64,000 nt of DNA from Leptolyngbyaceae cyanobacterium. GTDB taxonomy: Bacteria; Cyanobacteriota; Cyanobacteriia; Phormidesmidales; Phormidesmidaceae. Positions 29,953 to 40,360 of this stretch are shown in pieces. Positions within the stretch are counted from its first letter, which is position 1; each line of letters starts with the position of its first letter. Below the pieces are notes generated by a model. That model was not told the DNA's origin. It searched no databases and saw nothing but the letters and a program-made list of their open reading frames with translations. The stretch is taken from NCBI GenBank assembly GCA_965263355.1, contig CBDHHL010000032.1, positions 64,001 to 128,000 on the forward strand, written 5' to 3'. The position numbers and the translations under genes are program-made.

Positions 29953-32900
29953 CTATCTAGAAACAGTAGAAGAAAGATTTGCTTGAGAAGGTACGCCACA
30001 TTGTTGAACCAGGGAGCTGTCAGCAGTTTCTAACCTTGATGAGGCATATAGATAAAGCCGACCATCAGCGTCTCGTCGCCAACCTCTAGGTTCAACAATG
30101 GTCTCGGTAGATACATCAGGCTGAGTCGGGGTAAGTATTTCATCAGTTAAATCATTGATAACATTCTCGGCAACGGGCTGTATCTCTTGAGGGCCTAAGT
30201 CATCTAATAAATGTGTTGCATCTAATGATTGCCTTGGGGTTACTGGTAATCCGCCTCGTCCAACCACTGTGAATTGGCTGGTTTCGCTATCATCCTGTCG
30301 TTGCTGACTGGCCAATAGGTCACACCGTTGATCAATCAGGCTAGTCGGATCGATCAGGTTAGTCGGCAACTCATTTAAACCTTCATCGGTGACTAAGCTA
30401 GAGAAAGAAACAGTCCCCGATGAGCCCTGGGCAGAATCAGCAGAGATATCGACTCGGTTATTGCCGCGAAATTGGGCAAAGCTACCTGGATTGCGACCTA
30501 CAGGAGTTGTCTGACCACTTTCAAAGAGGGTGGCTAAAAAGGCAGGGGAGTTAATGGTAATAATGCCCCCTGGCCCCAGTTCTGCATTGGCCAAAATATC
30601 ACTGTCTTCAATCAACACCAGCGCATCGGCATTGATGGTAATGTTGCCGCCACCGCCAGTACTATCGAAGACGCTCGTACTCAAAAGGCTACCCTGATTA
30701 AAAAATGTAATACCTGCATCAATTTCAACATTGCCGCCCCCAGCAGCATCTGCACTGGCTGAGATTTCTCCTACACTAATGGTCAGACGGTCGTCAGCAA
30801 GAATATCAATTTCACCAGCTGCTCCAGGTCCTTCGGCTCGGCTCAACAAACTAGACCCTTGTTGCAAGGTTACTCGATCGGAGATTACTTGAATATCACC
30901 ACCGGGGCTTTCGTTGAAAGTAATAGTTGCTACTGCTGAAGAACTATCAACAACTAGATTAGGTGTTTCAAAAATAATATTACCTGCTGGTCCTACAGTA
31001 TCTTCTCCAGCAACAGATTGTAGGCTACCTTGTGATATGGTGATAGAATCACGACCCTTGAGAAAAATATCACCACCAGTGCCTTGCCCACCCGGAAAAC
31101 CTCGCCTACTAGGAGCAATAGTAGAGCTAATTGCTGCGCCATTGTCTACAACAATATTTTGGGCATCGACAATAATATCTCCAGCGTTACCAACTCCTCC
31201 TTCTCTTAGGTCTGTTGCAATAGTACTATTGCCTGACAAAATAAAAGACTCATCCAGTTGAATTTCAATATTACCCGAATCTCCTATTCCTAAGACATCT
31301 GTACGAATAGCCGGGAATTTAGCATTCTGAACAAAAAGATTTCGGGCTTCAATGTTAATATCACCTGAGCTTCCGGCAGTTCCTTCTGCCAATCCTGTAT
31401 CAAATCCCGTATTGGCAGGTGCATCAAGGCTGGTTAGAAGGATATCTCCCTCTACGATGACATTAATATCACCGCTATTACCCTGCCCTGCTGGCAGACC
31501 ATCTTCAGCAGCACGGATAAATGTCCCCACAATTGCCCCCTGTGTTATGGTTAGTGAGCCTGCTTTAATCGTAATCTCACCGCCATCCGCATTGGCTCCG
31601 GCTCTAATGGTTGAAAGAATGCCCGTATTGGCACTTCCCGGAATTTCAGAGGCTGGAACATCACCAATAATTTCTAAGGAGTCAGTAACCTCAATATAGA
31701 TGTCTCCGCCTTTCTCCTGGGACGCTGTACTAGTAACAATCTGAGCAACCTCAGTCATACGCAGGTTATTGGCTAGAATATCCACCCGTCCACCTTGGCC
31801 AGTCCCTTGCGTTTCGCTAAGCAGAGCAGAGTCTTTGAGTAGAGCCACTTCACCCTCTGCAATTAGCGCTATACGCCCTGTCTTCCCCGTTAAACTGACA
31901 GTTTGAATTCTGCCTGGGGTTAGACCAGTGGAAAATATCTCTATATTACCTCGGGAATCGATAAAAACATCTCCACCATTACCGATAAAGGGCAAAAAAG
32001 GCAGTTGAGCATTAGTTGCAATTATATTTGTTCGAATATTACCACTTGCAAGACTCTCATCAGGCTGGAATTGATTAGTCAATAGCACAACCCCATCGGG
32101 TTGACTAATGAAGATTTTACCAATATTAATATCAGCGGAGGTTGCAATGCTTTCTTGGATGCCAATAGGCTCATTAATAAAAAAGCCACAGCCTAAACAA
32201 TTCAATGGTGTTTGAGCCGCTGTTGTACCAGCACGAATATCAACGACTGGTCGTACGCTGCCATTAGCTTCAACAAAACTGACTCCATCTGGCAAAGCCC
32301 GAGAGAGAGAAACTTGCTCGTCTGGAAAGGCTGGATCAGTGCCAAAAATAGTGAGTTCTCCAATAGTGACTGCACCACCTGCCAAAATTCGCAGTGAGCC
32401 ACCTATATAGGTGATAAAACTAACATCACCCTGGGCCTCAATCACAGGATCACGCACGCTGATCAAATTGCCTGGGCTACCGTCTAGCTGTTCTATCTGA
32501 AATTGCCCTCCAGACCAAAAATAAGCATCGCCTATAACCGGCTGCCCAGAGCGTAGGCTTAAGTCACCACCGGACCATAGTCCACTGTCTGGATGCTCCA
32601 ACACAGAAATATCTAAGGTCTCGTTGGCCTGAATATCAATCCCCTCACCCGCTGCTGCGATAAAGGGTTGGGCCACACTATCACGAATTTCGACGGTATC
32701 TGTTGCCCAAAGTTTTAAATGACCGGGGGTTAACAGCGAGCCTTGCAAATTCAGAGTTTCAGCCTGTAAGCTTAACAGCCCTCCTGTCTGAAGCTGGGCT
32801 TCACTTTGAATCAAGCCTTGTTGCGGTTCTCCATACTGCAGTCCGGGCGTCAGGGTGATTGCTAGCAGGGGTGGGGCTACTGGGTCGGTTGCACTGTAGC

Positions 32901-33360
32901 TTAGACCCTCACCAAACTCAAAGGCCTCAGCTGTACTGGCAAAAAACGAACCGGTAATATCGAGCTCTGCTGCCGGTCCAAAGACAATGCCATTGGGGTT
33001 AAGTAAAAATAAACTGGCATTACCATCAACGCCGAGGGTCCCCAATAGATTGGAGGGACTATTACCCGTGACGCGACTGAGAATATGGTCAATACCAACG
33101 GGGTTGGCAAAATAAACGCGCTGTAACTCAGCAACATTAAAGTCTGTAAAACTGTGGAAGAGGTTCGCGCCACGAATAGCTCCCCCTTCAATTAAATTAG
33201 CAGGCAAACTCTGGACCGTCGCATCCGTCACTGTCGAGGCTTCATTACCTAGGGTATTGTCCGGTGTGATTTGGGCCTGCACCGCCGCAATGCTGCCGAT
33301 GCTAAACAGGACAGGCAACAACGTTAGGGACACTTGGGTAGGGAGTCTAAACCTATTCAT
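29953..33360 (-). CDS. Filamentous haemagglutinin-family TpsA exoprotein
   Basis: AQITPDNTLG, NLFHSF, NPNGIVFG TPS domain; Gly-rich beta-helix repeats (G.GG.I.I.A); C-terminal FTVVGRGGLP...GW motif. Confidence 0.93.
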   Translation of the reverse strand: MNRFRLPTQVSLTLLPVLFSIGSIAAVQAQITPDNTLGNEASTVTDATVQSLPANLIEGGAIRGANLFHSFTDFNVAELQRVYFANPVGIDHILSRVTGNSPSNLLGTLGVDGNASLFLLNPNGIVFGPAAELDITGSFFASTAEAFEFGEGLSYSATDPVAPPLLAITLTPGLQYGEPQQGLIQSEAQLQTGGLLSLQAETLNLQGSLLTPGHLKLWATDTVEIRDSVAQPFIAAAGEGIDIQANETLDISVLEHPDSGLWSGGDLSLRSGQPVIGDAYFWSGGQFQIEQLDGSPGNLISVRDPVIEAQGDVSFITYIGGSLRILAGGAVTIGELTIFGTDPAFPDEQVSLSRALPDGVSFVEANGSVRPVVDIRAGTTAAQTPLNCLGCGFFINEPIGIQESIATSADINIGKIFISQPDGVVLLTNQFQPDESLASGNIRTNIIATNAQLPFLPFIGNGGDVFIDSRGNIEIFSTGLTPGRIQTVSLTGKTGRIALIAEGEVALLKDSALLSETQGTGQGGRVDILANNLRMTEVAQIVTSTASQEKGGDIYIEVTDSLEIIGDVPASEIPGSANTGILSTIRAGANADGGEITIKAGSLTITQGAIVGTFIRAAEDGLPAGQGNSGDINVIVEGDILLTSLDAPANTGFDTGLAEGTAGSSGDINIEARNLFVQNAKFPAIRTDVLGIGDSGNIEIQLDESFILSGNSTIATDLREGGVGNAGDIIVDAQNIVVDNGAAISSTIAPSRRGFPGGQGTGGDIFLKGRDSITISQGSLQSVAGEDTVGPAGNIIFETPNLVVDSSSAVATITFNESPGGDIQVISDRVTLQQGSSLLSRAEGPGAAGEIDILADDRLTISVGEISASADAAGGGNVEIDAGITFFNQGSLLSTSVFDSTGGGGNITINADALVLIEDSDILANAELGPGGIITINSPAFLATLFESGQTTPVGRNPGSFAQFRGNNRVDISADSAQGSSGTVSFSSLVTDEGLNELPTNLIDPTSLIDQRCDLLASQQRQDDSETSQFTVVGRGGLPVTPRQSLDATHLLDDLGPQEIQPVAENVINDLTDEILTPTQPDVSTETIVEPRGWRRDADGRLYLYASSRLETADSSLVQQCGVPSQANLSSTVSR

Positions 33361-36300
33361 AGGGCACTCGTTTGTCTAAAATTCTCGGAAACAGAGGCAC
33401 AATGGGCACTCAGATGAATGGGAGACTCTGTTGAGCGAGTCGCTGCATAGAGCACTAACTGGCCGTCAGCATTGCGTACCCAACCCTGCGGTTCAGAAAT
33501 CTTTTCTACTACTACATCTAATGAAGAGTTATTGGTTATTTGAGTATCGCTAGTGCCTTGATGGGCGTCACTGTCTTCTACAACAGGTCCCAAGTCATCG
33601 AGTAGTGCTTCTTCATTGAGGGGAGTATTGGGAGTAGTCGGCAGTCCACCACGACCCACCACTGTAAACTGGCTTCCCCCAGTGTCTGTGTTATTGGCTG
33701 CCAGTAAATCACACCGTTGATCAATCAAACTTGTCGGATCAACTAAATTTATAGGTAAATCATTTAACCCTTCCTGCACATCCACATTGGTCAGACGATT
33801 AAACTCGGTAATGCCTGCATCGCCTTCAACAGAACTGGCGGTAATATCACTAAAGGGTGTTAGTTCATCTTGAAATTCTAAGCCAATAATATCTCGTGCT
33901 GAGATTGTTACACGACCACCAGAACCACTAAAAGCATTGGCCGTAATGTCACTATTCTCGTTAAGAACGCTCACTACAAAAGGAGAATTTATCATGACAC
34001 TACCACCGTCACCACTGGCATTTAGAAAACCCGCTGTCGCAGAAATACCACTAATCTGTCTTAACAAAATATATTCGCTTACGTCGAATGTAATATTGCC
34101 GCCATCGCTCAAGTTACTAATTGTCTCGATCAAGCTCCTATTATCTGCAAAAACAGAATCTGCAATGATTTCAATATCGCCAGCTTCAGCAAATGCGCTA
34201 GTTGGAATCGAAGGAACACCAATAGTGCCTGAGGAAATATAAGCAGAATCTGTTAATCGTAAGTTATCCGTACGAATTAAAAGGTCCCCACTAAGACCAC
34301 TACCGCTTATTACATTGGTAAAAATTCGAGAATTGCTAACTTCAATGAAATCATCTGCCTGGATACTTATATCACCACTATTTCCCGAGCTTAAGGAACT
34401 TGTTGTTATAGTACTGTCATTTGAAATTAGTAGCTGGTTTGCTTGAATACCCAACTCACTACCTTGTCCCCCTGCAATTCCTGAGGCTATAATCATGCCA
34501 CTATCTATATTGACCAGACCTGTTGCTGTAAGCTCTAAAACATTGACAGGCCCTAATAAGCTTGATAGTAAGATCGAACTACCACTGCGAAGCGTTAAGT
34601 TATCTGTTACTATCGCTAACGTTCCACTGGTATCTCGGCCATTAGATACTGTTAATATGCCTGTGTCTTCAACCAAGATAGAATCACTTTGAATATTTAG
34701 AAAACCGGCGTTGCCTAGCAAATTACCATCTGCAGAAACTTCAGCAAAATCTCGCACAATTAAATTATCGGTCTCGATTTCTACAACACCGGCATTTCCG
34801 AAACTCTCTACAGTACGAGCAAAAATACCTGAGGGTTCACCATTGGGAGTGGTTCCTGAAACTTCAACGCTTTCAGCACCTACAATTTGAACCCGCCCTC
34901 CATTACCCCCTCCTGTCGTACTGGCATCAATTTCACCACCACCCTCAACAAGAATCTGATTCGCATCAATTTCGATAGTTCCTGCATCACCTGTGGCACC
35001 TGCCCTAGAGTCAGCCACAATACCAGACTTGAAACCGAGGAAGGTCCCTAACACCTCAACACTTTCAGCATCTGTAATCTGAACCCGCCCTCCATTACCC
35101 TGGCCCAGAAGAGTACCGGCATCGATGACACCAGCTTCGCGAACGATGATTTGATTCGCATCAATCAATATCTTTCCGCCTGCAGCTAATGGATTGATAG
35201 AAGCTGTCAAAGCAGAAATGTCACTATTGACTACTTCCAATAGCTCTGTTCCTTGGATAAGGATTTCTCCTGCACCCCCTAGCCCAAATGTTGATGCTCT
35301 AATGGCTGCCTCACCTTGAACTGTGATAACTGGAGATGTCACGATAATGTTCCCAGCCGAACCGGTACTTCCAGGGTCAGCATTAGCGTTCAAACCAGAC
35401 GATACGTTCCCCGACACACCCGTACCAAACCCATCTAATGTAACTGCTTCTGTTGCACTCACATTCAGTGTGCCGCCCCCTCCACTTAATGTGCCAACCC
35501 TAAACTGTGCACCGTCAGAGAGACGAATATTGGGGGCTGTTACTGTCAAATCACCGCTTAACCCCACGAAAGGAGCTGTGTCAATTTGTGCAGCATTGGT
35601 CAGTGCAACTTCATTATCAGCTTTCAGGCTGGCATCTCCACCATAGGTCCAAACAAACGCTAGGGGAGACGTAATCAAAATGTCATTACCTGCCATCAAA
35701 TCAATATCACCACTGCCGCGAAATTCAATCCGACGGTTAATAACAATATCATTTCCCGCCTCAACCTCTAGAGAAACATTAGGTCGAGTTGGGTCTATAA
35801 CAACATCTTCATCAAAACTGATATCGTTAGTTGCTTCTAAGACAATATTCGTATTTGCAGCTACATTTTCCAGGGCAGAAGCAGCTAATTTAGTATCTCC
35901 ATCTCCTCCTAAATCAGGAAAACTTGCGTCAGAAACTAAGGTCAAATCAGTAGTTTCAGCCTCTGCATCACTGACAATACGAATGTTGGTGGGATCTAAC
36001 AAAAGAGTACCAAAATCACCATTGGGTGCCTGGGTATTGGCTGTTCCCTGAAACTCTAAAAACAACTTTCCTGAGACTTCTATCAGGCCCCCATCGCCTG
36101 CTGTCTGACCCCCTTGGGCCGAAAATATTCCATAGGCCTGGGTTGTATCATCAGACCATACCACAATTTCACCACCATCACTAGCCTGCAGTCCATCTGC
36201 AGCAATGACCACACCTGGCCCAACAACAGTATGCTGTGCCGTGGGCAATGACTCACCCCCCCCAAACGCACCGCCTACATAAACAGCTCCACCCCCATTG

Positions 36301-37195
36301 CCAGAAGACACATCAACCAACGCAGACTCAAATAGCCCCACACGATTACCTAAAACCTGCACCGTGCCGCCAGGGGCAATCAATTCACCAGTAACCAGTA
36401 CATCACTGCCATGCAAACTCAGGGTTTCTGTTTCACCTACCTGTAGCACTCCAGCGAATGTCTCCTTGCGGGCTGCCATATTGCAGTCCAGGGGTTAACG
36501 TTACCGCTAGTAACGGAGGAACATCAGGATCTATTACGCCATACTGCAACCCATTGACACTGCGAATGTCTCCTTGCGGGCTGCCATATTGCAGTCCAGG
36601 GGTTAACGTTACCGCTAGTAACGGAGGAACATCGATCTATTACGCCATACTGCAACCCATTACCAAACTCAAACGCCTCGGCAGTAAAAAAAGAACCTTT
36701 AATATCCAACTGTGCATTGGGGCCAAAGGCAATGCCGTTAGGGTTTAGAAAAAACACATTGGCATCACCATCAACGCCGAGGGTGCCCAATAGATTGGAG
36801 GGATTATTACCCGTGACACGACTCAGAATATTGTCGATACCAACGGGATTGGCGAAGTAAACACGCTGCAGATCAGCAACATTAAACTCTGTAAAGCTAT
36901 GAAATATATTTGGTCCCCGAATAGCTCCACCTTCAATTAGATCAGTAGGTAGTCCCTGAACAGTGGCATCCTCAACAACTATTGAGGCTTCATGGCCCAA
37001 GGTACTGTCTGGAAGAATTTGGGCCTGGGCCGTAGTTCCTCTACTCAACGATAACAGGATACTTACACAAAGCAACGCGACACAACTACTTTGTCTCACC
37101 AAACAATCTGCCACCATAATTACCTTTACAGGTGAGAGATTCAGACTATTCATTAATACTTGAAAGGATACTACCATGGCATTTTCAGGAGGCAC
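33357..37195 (-). CDS. Second TpsA exoprotein, broken by a ~100-bp duplication and frameshifts (pseudogene or assembly artefact)
   Basis: TPS domain in ORF 36524..37195 (NIFHSF, NPNGIAFG); body in ORF 33357..36479 (GGLIEVSGK, GTLLLDP, GRGGLP). The stop overlaps the next ATG (ATGA). Confidence 0.85.
36454..36661. repeat. Tandem direct duplication (102-bp and 100-bp copies, 6-bp spacer)
   Basis: gcgaatgtctcc...gcaacccatt at 36454..36555 and 36562..36661; the second copy lacks 'ag'. Confidence 0.9.
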
Positions 37196-37228
37196 GTTTA
37201 AGTTTGTATAAAGAAAACCTAATATTTT

Positions 37229-38974
37229 CTAAAATAGTTCACCTGAAACGGTAAATAAAATACCACTTTCTTGCAGCGAATTACCTTCTGTGCCAGGGTC
37301 AATCAGCGGAATTCCAAAATCTACACGGCCCGTAAGGTGCTCCCCAACCTGCCAGAGTAAACCAGTGCCCACCGATAGAAAATCGTCAGGATCCGGATCG
37401 GCCTGGTCGCCATTGTTCCAACCCAATCCATAGTCAATAAACGGGGCAATTTGGGCGGTCGTCTCCCAGGCGGGAATTGACAATAAGGGAAATCGCATCT
37501 CAACCGAAGCAAACACACCATTATCCGCTGTAGACTGGTCTTGCCGATAACCACGAACGCTGCCTTGACCGCCTAGGCGAAACTGTTCTAACGAAAGTAA
37601 AGAACTATCAGCCCATTGTCCGTTAAGCCGTGCCACTAATAGTTGTTCTCGGGCTAAGGCTTTGACCCATTGGGCCTGACCTTGCCAGCTAAAAAACTCA
37701 CTGTCTGGCAAACTACCATTATTAGAGGTGGCCTCAAACCAGGGGACACCCAGGCTAAATTGCGATCGCAACGCCACCACCTCATCTGCACTGCGCTGGG
37801 TCCATTCCTGACTAAATCGCAGGGCTGACACCCGCGTCTTCCCATCTTCAGATCCCGGTGTCTCAAAGGCTAAACGAGGCGCACCGGGCAGTTGAAATGT
37901 GCTGCTGGTGCGATCATGGTCAAACGTTAGGCCTAAGGCCAACAGTTCCGTAGGTGTTTCAATTATTGGCTGCTGAAAGCTAAACGATAGCTGGTCAGAG
38001 TCAGAGCGAATGCCCAACACCTCAAAGTCATCCGCAACAACCCGACTATCGGTAGTACTAAACGAAGCACTCAGCGTTCCATTACGAGGATTAATCGGAA
38101 TTGTATAGTCAGCTTCCCACGTATCACTGCCATCGGTATTGTTATAGCTTAGATTAAACCCATCCCCCAGCCCAAAGACATTGGCATGGGAAAATGTGGC
38201 CCGCCGCCGAAAGCTACCAACGGTGGTGGAGCGGCTGTTGTCTAAGGTTAGTCGAGTACCCACGACAGGTGCTTCCTTAACCGTAAGATTGAGAATGCTC
38301 CCCCCAACCCGCGTCCCTGAGGCCAATTCAGCAGAGATACTTTCAATTAAGGGATCAATTTGCAATAACTGTAACGACTCCACCAAATTCTCTACATTGA
38401 GAGGGGGGCGAGCCGCCAGACCAATGCGACTACGGATATACCCAGGATTAAGCCGTTTTAAGCCTTCTATAGTAATGTCTTCTAAACTGCCCTCGACGAC
38501 ACGAAGTTCTACCGTACCATCATCAACAACCTGATCTGAGGGTAAAAACGCCCCTGACGAGATATAGCCCGCCTCAATGTAAAGGTTTGTAATTGCCGAT
38601 CTGACCTCAAACAGTTCAGCAAATGTGATGGGCTGACCAATGTAGTTTTCTGTTGCCGCTGCCAGCTCGGCGTCGCTAAATACAGTACTGCCGATTACCT
38701 CAAACTTGTCAACCACAATAGTCCCTGGCACATCTAACCCCGGTTCTGGCAACTCAGAAGGCGTTGAGGGTAATGGTAATAACTCCTCTGGTAAAGGCAA
38801 CGGGACTGGCTCAGGGATAGGTTCCTGGGTTTCAGGGGGTAAGCCTGTATCGCTAGGTGGAACTGATTGGGCAAAAACAGTGGTAGATAGACAGGTAGCT
38901 GAGGCTGCGATCGCAACACTAGCAATTACAAACGGCTGGGCTTTTTTAAGCAACATCAACGTCGGGGGCAACAA
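37229..38974 (-). CDS. ShlB/FhaC/HecB-family TpsB outer-membrane transporter
   Basis: POTRA-type motifs (YIEAGYISSGA, VVEGSLEDI), EQFRLGGQGSVRGY, terminal Phe. Confidence 0.95.
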   Translation of the reverse strand: MLPPTLMLLKKAQPFVIASVAIAASATCLSTTVFAQSVPPSDTGLPPETQEPIPEPVPLPLPEELLPLPSTPSELPEPGLDVPGTIVVDKFEVIGSTVFSDAELAAATENYIGQPITFAELFEVRSAITNLYIEAGYISSGAFLPSDQVVDDGTVELRVVEGSLEDITIEGLKRLNPGYIRSRIGLAARPPLNVENLVESLQLLQIDPLIESISAELASGTRVGGSILNLTVKEAPVVGTRLTLDNSRSTTVGSFRRRATFSHANVFGLGDGFNLSYNNTDGSDTWEADYTIPINPRNGTLSASFSTTDSRVVADDFEVLGIRSDSDQLSFSFQQPIIETPTELLALGLTFDHDRTSSTFQLPGAPRLAFETPGSEDGKTRVSALRFSQEWTQRSADEVVALRSQFSLGVPWFEATSNNGSLPDSEFFSWQGQAQWVKALAREQLLVARLNGQWADSSLLSLEQFRLGGQGSVRGYRQDQSTADNGVFASVEMRFPLLSIPAWETTAQIAPFIDYGLGWNNGDQADPDPDDFLSVGTGLLWQVGEHLTGRVDFGIPLIDPGTEGNSLQESGILFTVSGELF

Positions 38975-39027
38975 ACCTGTTTGTATTATTATCTATGCGC
39001 TTTAAAAGTCAAATACCTACTAGAAAA

Positions 39028-39137
39028 TGATACGAAATCCTAGCTGTCTGCGTCCGATATCGCAGGGCAACCACAAGGGATTGCCCCTACGGACTGATGC
39101 ATTTTAATCGGGATGAATCAATCCGGATTTGGTATGA
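39028..39137. mobile_element. Putative ~105-bp MITE with short TIRs enclosing a GTAG-type REP hairpin
   Basis: Ends atacgaaatcc (39030) and ggatttggtat (39125-39135) are inverted with 1 mismatch and contain TA at both ends. Internal hairpin agggcaaccacaagggattgcccctac. Confidence 0.5.
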
Positions 39138-39139
39138 CT

Positions 39140-40360
39140 TCACTCAGTAATTGTCGATCCCAGTACCGTCCATACGTTTCTTTTCGGCGTCTTCACCGGT
39201 TGAGTCGCTTTTCTTAGCAGCTGTGAGATTTGCAAATTAGTTCTTCCTAAATTAAATCGCTCAGCAGCCTCGACCTGAGCCCGACGTGCAATTTCCTTAG
39301 TTTGCGTAGGATTATGCTGACAGGTATTAATAATGTCAGCCAGTTTTTTAGCATCCCCAGGCGGGGTTAACCAACCCATTTGCCCATGGTCGATCAGCTC
39401 AACGGCACCGCCAGCCGCAGCCGCCACTACGGGTGTACCACACAGCATTGCTTCAACAATCACACGACCAAAGGGTTCAGGGGCCGTCGAAGTATGGGTA
39501 ACCAAATGGCAGGCCGCCATCAGTTGAGGAATGTCAGACCGAAACCCTAAAAACTTAACTCGATGCGCCAGGTTCAATGCCTGAATTCGCTGATGCAACT
39601 GTTGCACATAGGCTTGCTCACCAAATAGGGCATCTCCCACTAAGACGGCCATAACATTATCTGAACAATATTGAAGCGCCTCAATTAACACATGTTGCCC
39701 TTTCCAGGGAGACAGACGACTAAAATGCCCAACTATAAATGGGGCAGTACCCTCTCCCGAATCAGGTAAAGCAGAGACTATTGCATTTTGCCTGTGATCT
39801 TGTTCATACCTATGATTAGCATAGTTCTCCGGACAAAACCCGTTATAAACCACCTGCACCCGCTCGGCTCGTCCACCTGACTGAATAAAGGCTTCACGAC
39901 TAGCATAGGAATTCGCAATTACAACAGCTGCTCGGTTAGCCAACGTAATAATAATGCGACGATTAATAGCGCTAAAGTGGTCAGAAGAAACAATGTCATG
40001 AAGATGATAAACCAGCGGGCGACCACTCAAAATACTGGCCAGGGCACCGACGACTAGAGCCTTTTGAGTATTGGCATATAGCAAATCATAGCGCTTACTG
40101 AGTCGAACAACCCTGGTAACCAAAGGAATTAATCGATTTAAACTTTTAAGTCCTGCCAACAGACCACTCGCCTTTTGTACCTGAAGTGTCTGGTCAGCAA
40201 GAATTGTAACAGGAATACGACAGTTACGCAGATAGTCCGGGAATGGTCCTTCAGCAAACACACCCACCAGGCTGTTTTTATAAAACTGTCGGGCAATGTC
40301 GGCCAAACAAAGTTCAGCCCCACCAAGCTTACTACTCTGGTCTAGAAACAAAATTTTCAT
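39140..40360 (-). CDS. Glycosyltransferase family 4
   Basis: LGGAELCL, SRLSPWKGQ, EPFGRVIVEAM (EX7E). Confidence 0.92.
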   Translation of the reverse strand: MKILFLDQSSKLGGAELCLADIARQFYKNSLVGVFAEGPFPDYLRNCRIPVTILADQTLQVQKASGLLAGLKSLNRLIPLVTRVVRLSKRYDLLYANTQKALVVGALASILSGRPLVYHLHDIVSSDHFSAINRRIIITLANRAAVVIANSYASREAFIQSGGRAERVQVVYNGFCPENYANHRYEQDHRQNAIVSALPDSGEGTAPFIVGHFSRLSPWKGQHVLIEALQYCSDNVMAVLVGDALFGEQAYVQQLHQRIQALNLAHRVKFLGFRSDIPQLMAACHLVTHTSTAPEPFGRVIVEAMLCGTPVVAAAAGGAVELIDHGQMGWLTPPGDAKKLADIINTCQHNPTQTKEIARRAQVEAAERFNLGRTNLQISQLLRKATQPVKTPKRNVWTVLGSTITE

